Of a stretch of 15,965 nucleotides of DNA, positions 1 through 7,107 are shown piece by piece. This stretch comes from Deinococcaceae bacterium (GTDB lineage Bacteria > Deinococcota > Deinococci > Deinococcales > Trueperaceae), in contig JBDZWC010000069.1 in assembly GCA_040256005.1 (NCBI GenBank), positions 1 through 15,965 on the forward strand. Reading direction: 5' to 3'. The stretch's first letter is position 1. Each line of letters opens with the position of its first letter. The position numbers and the translations under genes were made by a program. The notes under the pieces are model-generated. The model saw only the letters and a program-made list of their open reading frames with translations, did not search any database and had not been told where the DNA came from.

Positions 1-353
1 CGGAAGATCGACGCGTCGTAAGCTCCACGCGGCTCGAGCACGTACGGAACTTGGAGGCGCCTTGCATCCTTTCCGGCGACCACGTTGTGGAAGGTCCAGG
101 CCGAGTGCAAGACCGCCACATCGGCGGTCTGTAATTGAGAAGAGAGGCCAACTGGATAGCGTAGCTCCTTCGGTCCCCTGTGATCGACCGGAACCCACGT
201 GAACCTGTCGTTCTGAGCAAGGCGACTGTCATCATCGATCACCACTCGGACCGTGGCGCCCGCGTTCACCATCGACCTCGACACGCTACGAACCGAGTTC
301 GTTATGCCCCCATCGCCTATCCAAGCGCGTGGGTGGTAGCGAAGCACGTCCAT
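1..353 (-). CDS. Glycosyltransferase family 4 (GT-B), N-terminal part; runs off the left edge
   Basis: Not in the ORF track because it has no stop in the window. Manual translation from ATG 353: MDVLRYHPRAWIGDGGITNSVRSVSRSMVNAGATVRVV...TADVAVLHSAWTFHNVVAGKDARRLQVPYVLEPRGAYDASIF. The GG motif, G-x-x-V-x-V, D-x-x-x-x-H and PYVLEPRG are typical of the GT4 N-domain. AAGGAG lies 14 nt upstream. Confidence 0.85.
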   Translation of the reverse strand, partial: MDVLRYHPRAWIGDGGITNSVRSVSRSMVNAGATVRVVIDDDSRLAQNDRFTWVPVDHRGPKELRYPVGLSSQLQTADVAVLHSAWTFHNVVAGKDARRLQVPYVLEPRGAYDASIF

Positions 354-551
354 ATCTGTAGTCGGGACTCCTTTAGGGCTTTGGTGGTTACCTACCCACC
401 ACACGATAATCGCGTGGCCTCCGTTCGTGCCGTGTCATTCGTCAGGCCTCGGGATGCTACGGCGCATAACATGAGGGCTGGTTGCTGGTGTGAGGCACAC
501 CTGCTCGCCGGCTTGGGGCCACGGTTCCGCCGACACCATCGGAGGCTTTGG

Positions 552-1394
552 GTGAGAGTCACTTACGACGTTCCGGCGCACGAGGAGACAGCATCTGACC
601 GGACTGAACTCTGGCTCAGCCTGCTTCGGCGTATCACGCAGGAAGTGCCTTCATGGTCGACTTGGAAGAACGTGAACTCGGCTTTGGCAGGCACCGGCGA
701 CGTGGACTCGCTCGCGCCCCCTTCTGACTGGAAGCTGATCCGCGAGCTCTTCCTTGATTGGGCTGGGGAGAACGGGTTCGGTCCGGCGATCGTTTGTCCA
801 CATGTTCCCCAGGGGCCACACTTCATCACCTTCGAGCCCCAAGGGACCCGGATAATTCAGCTCGACGTCAAGGTCAGGGCCACCTTCAGGGGTTCGACCC
901 TAGTCGACGCCTGGAACATCGGTTCGCTTTCGTACATGGATCCACGCGGGTTTCGATGTGTTAGACCGGGCGCGGACGGCGTAATCCGCCTCTTGTCGAA
1001 CGGTACGCGGACCGGCGGCCGTGAGAACCGGCACGCACTCAAGGTCAAGAGGGTCGTAGAGCTTCTAAGGGCTGACCCTGAGGGCATAGAGGCCATCGCT
1101 CGCTATTTCGGCCCAGCACGCCAGGCGGTCATCGATGGTTCGAACGCGGTGGTCGCAGGGACATGGGACCGCCGCGCGATGCTAGCGGTCGAAGCATGGT
1201 CTATTGCCCGAGGCGTGTTCGAGCCACAGGTCGGGCTCAGCCGCCTATGGTTCGCGCAGGTACCCAAGCGCCGCTGCCCCGTGATCCGCTTGATACGCGA
1301 GAGCGACCGCCACGTGCCGCCAGATCTAGCCTCCTGGCTGGAGCACGTCAAGCGCGACCATGAAGTGGTTTCCTTGGACCGCGCGTCCGCATGA
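552..1394 (+). CDS. Uncharacterised protein, probable nucleotidyltransferase (Pol-beta superfamily) fold, ~280 aa
   Basis: The track start at 180 overlaps the opposite-strand GT4. The in-frame GTG at 552 has GGAGG (541-545) 6 nt upstream. Motifs: WKN...AGTGDVD (696-707) and a third Asp in IQLDVK (864-866). The stop overlaps the SDR start (ATGA 1391-1394). Confidence 0.65.
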   Translation: MRVTYDVPAHEETASDRTELWLSLLRRITQEVPSWSTWKNVNSALAGTGDVDSLAPPSDWKLIRELFLDWAGENGFGPAIVCPHVPQGPHFITFEPQGTRIIQLDVKVRATFRGSTLVDAWNIGSLSYMDPRGFRCVRPGADGVIRLLSNGTRTGGRENRHALKVKRVVELLRADPEGIEAIARYFGPARQAVIDGSNAVVAGTWDRRAMLAVEAWSIARGVFEPQVGLSRLWFAQVPKRRCPVIRLIRESDRHVPPDLASWLEHVKRDHEVVSLDRASA

Positions 1395-2131
1395 CCGATC
1401 CCCACAGAGGGATCGCGCTCGTGACGGGTTCTGCGGGCGCCATCGGCTCGGCGACAGTTTGTGCCCTCTCAGGCGCCGGCTACGAAGTCATCGGCCTCGA
1501 CCTGTCAGAGCCGGCGGAGAACTCGATCGGCCATCACTACAAGGTCGACGTCCGCGACCAGAGGGCGCTGGAGCAGGTGATCCGTTCGGTCCGTGTATCC
1601 GGACGCCTCAGACACGTGATCAGTATCGCGGGCGGTGCGTTGCCCGGTGAACCAGAGTCCAAGCGAGATCTAGAGGCACTAGATCCCGACCTATTTCGTC
1701 GATCCCTAGAGGCGAACCTGACTTCACACTTCCTCGTCGCCCGAGCCTCGCTCCCGTGGCTGATGGAGAGCGGCGAAGACCGGTCCATCACTTTCACTTC
1801 GTCATTCAATGCGCTTAGCGCCCAAGGGATGCCTGCTTACTCTGCGGCGAAAGCGGGCATTATCGGGTTGATGCACTCGCTTGTCGACCCTCTAGGAAAG
1901 CGCGGCATACGTGTCAACGTCGTAGCTCCCGGGACCATCAGGACTCCACGAACCGAGCGGCTCTGGCAACACAAGGCAGGGCACTTCGAGGGCTTAGAGC
2001 AAGGCACAGCGTTGGGACGGCTCGGCACACCTGCTGACGTCGCCGAAGGCTTCGTGGCGCTGACCAGCCTCAGGCACGTAACAGGGCAAGTACTTGTCGT
2101 CGACGGCGGGCAACTCACCGTGCACCGCTGA
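1391..2131 (+). CDS. Classical SDR family NAD(H)-dependent oxidoreductase
   Basis: TGSAGAIG Rossmann motif, acidic residue after beta2 (IGLD, suggesting NAD preference), catalytic N (EANL), S (FTSS) and YSAAK, plus RVNVVAPG and C-terminal TGQVLVVDGG. Confidence 0.93.
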   Translation: MTDPHRGIALVTGSAGAIGSATVCALSGAGYEVIGLDLSEPAENSIGHHYKVDVRDQRALEQVIRSVRVSGRLRHVISIAGGALPGEPESKRDLEALDPDLFRRSLEANLTSHFLVARASLPWLMESGEDRSITFTSSFNALSAQGMPAYSAAKAGIIGLMHSLVDPLGKRGIRVNVVAPGTIRTPRTERLWQHKAGHFEGLEQGTALGRLGTPADVAEGFVALTSLRHVTGQVLVVDGGQLTVHR

Positions 2132-2400
2132 TTCAGCACCGATCTACCGGGTCATGTGACATTCGCTACTCATGTGATTCATGACTTCTCAGGTCACCTG
2201 AATCGACCGACGGGGACGGCTAATCTGCCCTACGCCGGATCGAGCCCCGAGACGTTCTCTCACTCCTCTAACGGATTACTCACGCTCACTCGGCCCACAC
2301 CGACATAACCTTCCCGTTGGTCCAGCGGACTGACGCTTTCTCCTACGACCAGACCTGCGTTCGTCTGTTGAACCCAAGAGTTCGGCCCCTTAGGGGGTTG

Positions 2401-2476
2401 GTCTCAGAAGCGATGACGCTTGTCCGTGACTTGGGCGCTTGGGACAAGCCGAGCTAGTAGCGCAACCGGCTGAGGC
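2401..2476 (+). ncRNA. Cyclic di-GMP-II riboswitch aptamer
   Basis: P1 GTCTCAG 2401-2407 / CTGAGGC 2470-2476. P2 AGC 2409-2411 / GCT 2453-2455. Kink-turn: GAT bulge plus tandem GA 2415-2416 / GA 2451-2452. P3 GCTTGTCC 2418-2425 / GGACAAGC 2442-2449. Loop TTGGGCGCTTG pseudoknots with AGCGC 2459-2463. 3' core AGTAGCGCAACCGG. This matches the class II consensus (..UGGGCACUU..GAGUUAGUAGUGCAACCGR) with compensatory changes. Confidence 0.92.
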
Positions 2477-2483
2477 TAGCGCA

Positions 2484-2576
2484 GGACCTCCCGTAAGTCC
2501 AACGCAGCCTTCGCGATAACGGACGTCGCCTGTTCCTCAGGCGGGCTGCGGTCAATGGGACGCGGCGGGAAGGTCT
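2484..2576 (+). promoter_or_regulatory. Putative riboswitch expression platform (anti-SD/SD helix)
   Basis: GGACCT-CCCG 2484-2493 is complementary to CGGG-A-AGGTCT 2566-2576, which contains the SD-like GGGAAGG 9 nt before ATG 2583. It encloses stems CGCAGCC 2503-2509 / GGCTGCG 2544-2550 and CGCCTG 2527-2532 / CAGGCG 2538-2543. No U-tract terminator is present. Confidence 0.5.
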
Positions 2577-2582
2577 GGATAG

Positions 2583-4505
2583 ATGCGTTTTGGCTCTTCG
2601 CTAAGTGCTATTGGTCAGCCGTCGACGAGCTTGCGGTTGCCGCACATGCGTTCTTTGGCTGCGATCGCTCTCTTGATATCGGCCTTCATCACCGCCTGCT
2701 CGCAAGGTCCTGACGTGGACCTGCAGACGGAGAACATCCTCGTACGACCTGCCGGCATCGCTTCGGCCGACTCCACTGAGTACGTGGGCGACGAACTCGA
2801 TGGGGCTTCGGTGGCCGGGGTGATAGAGGTCTTCGTCAGGCCCGCCGGTTGGATTCGCGAGGTCCACTACTCGGTCGACAACGGGTTCGTCACGTTCGTG
2901 GCGACCGAAGCTCCGTTCGCGTTCGTGCTCGACACGACGGGCTTGAGCGACGGTTCTCACAAGCTTACGCTCACACCGCGGTTGGCGAACGGCAGGCCCA
3001 AAGGTGGTCTGGACGTGAGCTTCAACGTCGCCAACGACACGGGTGACGGCGGCGGCGGCGACGGTGAGGGTGACGGCGGCGATCAGGGTGGAGGTGGAGA
3101 TGAAGAGCAACCGAACCGGGCACCCACGATCACCTTGGAAGGACCTGCCGAGGCCGTAATAGATGTTCCTACGATCCTGAAGGCCAATGTCTACGATGAC
3201 GGGCTCCCGAACAAGACGCTAAGCGTCAGGTGGTCACTCGTTTCTGGTCCAAAGGACGTGGAGTTCTCGAGCCCGAACGCAGCGATCACATCTGCTACGT
3301 TCCAGGCACTTGGCTCCTACGTACTGCGGGCCTCGGTGACGGACGGGGAGCTTAGCGCGGCGGCCGACCTCGAGGTATCCGTGCAGGAGCCAGACGGTGA
3401 GCCAGACCAGCGAGACGATCCGCTGGATGGCGACTTCGATCCGCCGATAAAGATCACGAAAGGTGGGGTCTACACCGGGCGTTGGGCGAGTGACGATCCG
3501 GACGTCCCTGCAGTACTGATCGACACCGCTGAGCCTGTCACCATCGAGAACTCGGTGCTGACTGGGCCGGGTCACCTCATCTCGACAGATTTCCACAAGA
3601 CTACCCGGCTCGTCGTCCGAAACAGCCAGGGATTCGGGCAGAACCCTGACGTGTACGGCGAGAATCCTGGTCGCTTCATCCACGTTGAGTCGTTCGCTGA
3701 CCTCGTCGTAGAGAACAACTACCTGGAAGGGACATCTGGGATCTACGTTCACAGGTGGCTCGGCGGGGGCTCGGTGAAGATTCGCTTCAACAGGGCCCGC
3801 AACATCGTTGGGCTGTGGTCGGACGGCAACGGATCATGGCTGGACGGCGGGAACCAGTTCACGTACGCCCAGTTCGTTCAGTTCAACGATGTTAGAGGTG
3901 TCAGCGGTGCCGAGATCTCTTGGAACGAGGTCGTCAATGTCGCCCGCGAGAGTCGGACCGAAGACGTTATCAGCATGTACAAGAGCGGCGGAACGACCTC
4001 CAGCCCTATCCGCATTCACGACAACTTCATCAGAGGCTCCTACCCGGCGAAACCGGAGTCACACTCCTTCTCTGGGGGCGGGATACTCCTCGGAGACCAC
4101 GGCGGAGACAACCAGGTCGCCTACCAGAACCAGATCGTCAACGTAGCCAACTACGGCGTGGCCATCGCGGGCGGGGTCAACAACCGGCTCGAATCGAACC
4201 GAATAGTCTCGTCCGGAGCACTTGAAGATGGTACGAGGATTCACGCTGCGAACGTCGGCATCTATATCTGGAACCAGACCGATCATCCGTTCGGTAGCAG
4301 CGCTGGGACAGAGAACGTAGTTGGATACGTTCAGCTCAAGACTGACGGAACACCTGTCCGAAACGACTGGTGGATACCGGATGCGAGTACGTGGACTGGG
4401 AACACGAAGCTGGCGGGGCCGATAACGGCAGCGACTGAACACGCCGAGTTCGAAGCTTGGCAGACCAAGTACACGCAGGCCGGCGTCAGCATCGGGCTTA
4501 ACTAA
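2583..4505 (+). CDS. Lipoprotein: Ig-like domain, Gly/Asp linker, PKD/Ig-like domain and C-terminal probable parallel beta-helix carbohydrate-active domain
   Basis: Hydrophobic signal with lipobox ITA-C (Cys39). Ig-like segment (V.YSVDN...APF.F.LDTTGLSDGSHKL). PKD-like segment (NRAPT...DDGLP...L.V.WSLVSGP...GSYVLR.SVTDG). Residues 283-640 carry recurring x-E/R-N-N/S turn repeats typical of beta-helices. Alternative start at ATG 2646. Confidence 0.8.
   Translation: MRFGSSLSAIGQPSTSLRLPHMRSLAAIALLISAFITACSQGPDVDLQTENILVRPAGIASADSTEYVGDELDGASVAGVIEVFVRPAGWIREVHYSVDNGFVTFVATEAPFAFVLDTTGLSDGSHKLTLTPRLANGRPKGGLDVSFNVANDTGDGGGGDGEGDGGDQGGGGDEEQPNRAPTITLEGPAEAVIDVPTILKANVYDDGLPNKTLSVRWSLVSGPKDVEFSSPNAAITSATFQALGSYVLRASVTDGELSAAADLEVSVQEPDGEPDQRDDPLDGDFDPPIKITKGGVYTGRWASDDPDVPAVLIDTAEPVTIENSVLTGPGHLISTDFHKTTRLVVRNSQGFGQNPDVYGENPGRFIHVESFADLVVENNYLEGTSGIYVHRWLGGGSVKIRFNRARNIVGLWSDGNGSWLDGGNQFTYAQFVQFNDVRGVSGAEISWNEVVNVARESRTEDVISMYKSGGTTSSPIRIHDNFIRGSYPAKPESHSFSGGGILLGDHGGDNQVAYQNQIVNVANYGVAIAGGVNNRLESNRIVSSGALEDGTRIHAANVGIYIWNQTDHPFGSSAGTENVVGYVQLKTDGTPVRNDWWIPDASTWTGNTKLAGPITAATEHAEFEAWQTKYTQAGVSIGLN
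3036..3107 (+). repeat. Low-complexity Gly/Asp/Glu interdomain linker (GGC/GGT/GAC codon repeats)
   Basis: Encodes DTGDGGGGDGEGDGGDQGGGGDEE between the two Ig-like domains. Confidence 0.75.
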
Positions 4506-4556
4506 CTAAGGCGATGAGGTGGGTGGCTCGAGGCGGCGAAGGGAAGTTCGTGGGCT

Positions 4557-5486
4557 CTACATGTGTCGGGCGGTCAGCCATCTGGCCGCCTGTGGCACCT
4601 GGTAGGCTCCGGGGACGGTTGTCATGGTCCAGGCCATCCACCTCCAGAACCACGATGTAGTTGGTCCGAACTGGCTGCGCCTCCGGCGGGCGGCGTCCCG
4701 CTCTCCACGTTGGAGAAGGCGCATGCACTCCCAGACAAGCATCTTTCCTAGGCGATCGTCATAGTCGGCGGAACGACGGCTCGTCTCGCGAGCACCGAGG
4801 TACGCAGTCATCAGCGCTTCCCAAACGGCGTCGTACTTCTTGGAACTCAGCGTGTCCGGATGATCAAGCCACTTATGAATCGGCGCCTCGATCCCGACCG
4901 CCTTCACACCCGCCTGACCCAGCCGCAGGAGCAGATCGACGTCACAGCCGTGTCCCGAGTCACGTGCGAAGTAAAGCCCAGGCAGGTCACGTCTGAACAA
5001 CACCGCGTTTATCGAGAAGTTGTAACCGCGTTTCAATAAGTGCGCTTCCAGGTCATCGATCGCGCCACCAGCTAGCTCGTGGGAAGGCGATAGCGACACG
5101 CGCCGGTGGCCCGGAGCGACCTCTAGCTGCACGCGGCCGATGGCCATTCCGTACTCGGGGTCTGCCTCGATCGCTTTGACCAACGCAGCGAGCGCACCGG
5201 GCAACATCGAGTTGTCAGCAGACATGACCATGACCAGGTCTCCGGTTGACGCCTGGATCGCCCGGTCCCAGTTCGAGGCTAACGGGACGTGATTCTCGAA
5301 CCTCCTGACCACCAGGCGCTCATCGTTGAACCCACTCAGTACCCGTTCCGTCTCGTCCGTTGAGCGGTTGTCGATCACAAGCACCGTCAACGGCTCGTAC
5401 GTTTGGGCTAGCACGCTAGCGACCGCCCGGCCGATGAACTTACCGCCGTTGAAGACCGGTATGGCGACGGTTACATGAGGTTGCAC
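4557..5486 (-). CDS. Glycosyltransferase family 2 (GT-A), ~309 aa
   Basis: VTVAIPVFN, AVASVLAQT, VIDNRSTDET, NWDRAI, and C-terminal DVDLLLRL. The start is moved from track 5549 to GTG 5486, which has GAGGGGG upstream and lies downstream of a TAGACT -10. Confidence 0.9.
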   Translation of the reverse strand: MQPHVTVAIPVFNGGKFIGRAVASVLAQTYEPLTVLVIDNRSTDETERVLSGFNDERLVVRRFENHVPLASNWDRAIQASTGDLVMVMSADNSMLPGALAALVKAIEADPEYGMAIGRVQLEVAPGHRRVSLSPSHELAGGAIDDLEAHLLKRGYNFSINAVLFRRDLPGLYFARDSGHGCDVDLLLRLGQAGVKAVGIEAPIHKWLDHPDTLSSKKYDAVWEALMTAYLGARETSRRSADYDDRLGKMLVWECMRLLQRGERDAARRRRSQFGPTTSWFWRWMAWTMTTVPGAYQVPQAARWLTARHM

Positions 5487-5508
5487 GTACGTTGTCCCCC
5501 TCGGCCGA

Positions 5509-5550
5509 AGTCTATGTCGGCCGCCAGGAGCCCGGCGCGGTTTCATCACA
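5509..5550 (-). promoter_or_regulatory. Putative promoter of the GT2: -10 TAGACT with upstream TGTGA half-site
   Basis: On the minus strand TAGACT spans 5514-5509 and TGTGA spans 5550-5546, starting 36 nt upstream. Confidence 0.4.
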
Positions 5551-5676
5551 AGCTCATCCGCGAGTGTATGGCCCGACCTGCATAGCGGCCTGATGTATCG
5601 TTGTCAACCCATGCGGTTTCGCGCTGACGCGTCTGCTGCTCGTGGCCCTACGAACGTAGCCGTGCTCCACGTGGTC

Positions 5677-6888
5677 ATGCGTTGGGTGATAGTAACGGTG
5701 ATCCTGGGAGTGCTCGTATCGTTCCGTGCGCTTCCAGACGATGCCGTACCGATACCGGTCCGTGCGCCCGAGCTGCTAGGTCAATCTGATATCGCAGTCG
5801 AGCTCTTACAGGGAAGTTTCGACCCGCCCATTCGTATAACAGCTGGTGGGACCTACTCCGGTAAGTGGGCAAGTACCGATCCGGATGTTCCCGCGGTGAT
5901 GGTCATCACAGATGAGCCGGTAACCATTGAGAACTCGATCCTGACTGGCCCCGGCCATCTAGTCTCGACGGACTTCCACACGACCACGGACCTCACGGTG
6001 AGGAACACATACGGTTTCGGACAGAACCCGAACGAATACGGTAGGCCACCCGGACGTTTCCTCCACGTCGAGTCCTTCTCTCAACTCATCGTTGAGAACA
6101 ACTACCTCGAGGGCACGATGGGTATCTACGTCCATCGATGGATGGGCGGTGGAACCGTGAAGATACTGTTCAATCGCGCCCTAAACGTGATCGGGCTATG
6201 GTCAGATGGCGCTGGGTCCTGGCTACGCGGCGATAGCCAGTTCTCCTACGCCCAGTTCGTACAGTTCAATTCTGTGCACGACATACCCGACGCGGAAGTC
6301 GCTTGGAACGAGGTCGTCAATCTGCCATGGCAGAGCCGCACCGAAGATGTGATCAGCATGTTCGACAGCAGCGGGACGCCTGATAGTCCTATATCCGTGC
6401 ACGACAACTTCATTCGCGGTTCGTATCCAGCCGATCCCGCCAACCACTCCTTCAGTGGTGGCGGCATCTTGCTCGGGGACGGCGGCGGCGGCTATCAGGA
6501 GGCGTTCCATAACCAGGTTGTCAGCGTGGCGAACTACGGGATCGCCATCGCAGGCGGACGACATAGCCGGATCGCTAGGAACCGCGTCGTATCCGCCGGT
6601 CTTCTTGAGGATGGAACTCGAATCGCATCCGCGAACGTAGGTATCTACATCTGGAACCAGTATCGAAGGCCCTTTGGCGATAACGCCGGTTCGGATAACG
6701 TGGTCGGCTACGTGCAAAGACCATCGGGCGCTAGCGCGGTACGGAACGACTGGTGGGTTCCCGACGCCGCGAGCTGGAGCGGCAATCGACGGCTCGAGGG
6801 ACCCGTGAGCCAAGACACCGAAAGGGCCGAATTCGACCGCTGGGTACAGAAGTTGCGCACAGCCAACGTACGCTTGGGCGTCAACTAG
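5677..6888 (+). CDS. Exported or membrane-anchored probable beta-helix protein, paralogue of the 2583-4505 C-terminal domain
   Basis: N-terminal hydrophobic segment MRWVIVTVILGVLVSFRA with no lipobox. Nucleotides 5812-6885 encode 358 aa that align without gaps to 3429-4502 (241/358 identical by manual count). The start is uncertain (5593, 5611 or 5677). Confidence 0.8.
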   Translation: MRWVIVTVILGVLVSFRALPDDAVPIPVRAPELLGQSDIAVELLQGSFDPPIRITAGGTYSGKWASTDPDVPAVMVITDEPVTIENSILTGPGHLVSTDFHTTTDLTVRNTYGFGQNPNEYGRPPGRFLHVESFSQLIVENNYLEGTMGIYVHRWMGGGTVKILFNRALNVIGLWSDGAGSWLRGDSQFSYAQFVQFNSVHDIPDAEVAWNEVVNLPWQSRTEDVISMFDSSGTPDSPISVHDNFIRGSYPADPANHSFSGGGILLGDGGGGYQEAFHNQVVSVANYGIAIAGGRHSRIARNRVVSAGLLEDGTRIASANVGIYIWNQYRRPFGDNAGSDNVVGYVQRPSGASAVRNDWWVPDAASWSGNRRLEGPVSQDTERAEFDRWVQKLRTANVRLGVN

Positions 6889-7107
6889 ACGCGGCCTCCT
6901 CTACGACAACTGGCCCAGTTCGAGCCGTTCCACGACGGGTCGCCCAGACGGGGCTTGGTTTTCCAGCGGCAGGTGATGGTCGAGGTGATGCCTGTGAGGA
7001 AACGTTGGGCCTCGACGGCTAGCATGCGATCGACGAATGGTTCCCACCAACGCAGGCGCATCACCACGTACCCCGCGCGTCACTTCCAGCACCGGTAAAC
7101 AGAGCCC

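Noticed and set aside
180..551. N-terminal 124 codons of track ORF 180..1394
   Set aside because: It overlaps the minus-strand GT4, has an unnatural R/H-rich composition, and a better SD-supported GTG exists at 552.
2368..2396. TTGAAC-17 nt-TAGGGG as promoter for the riboswitch transcript, overlapping the palindrome CCCCT-T-AGGGG
   Set aside because: The -10 lacks the conserved final T. Alternative -10s (TAATCT 2221, TAACCT 2306) fit as well, so none can be chosen.
2503..2550. Minus-strand CUGAGGA...GAAG suggesting a hammerhead ribozyme
   Set aside because: There is no GAAA core or properly placed stems II and III. The region is better explained as the riboswitch platform on the + strand.
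2551..2575. TGGGACGC resembling part of a c-di-GMP-I riboswitch (possible tandem aptamer)
   Set aside because: The upstream GGCAAACC/GNRA stem and the downstream AAAGC/P3 elements are absent.
4499..4509. TAACTAACTAA, stops in all three frames
   Set aside because: Trivial short repeat overlapping the natural stop codon.
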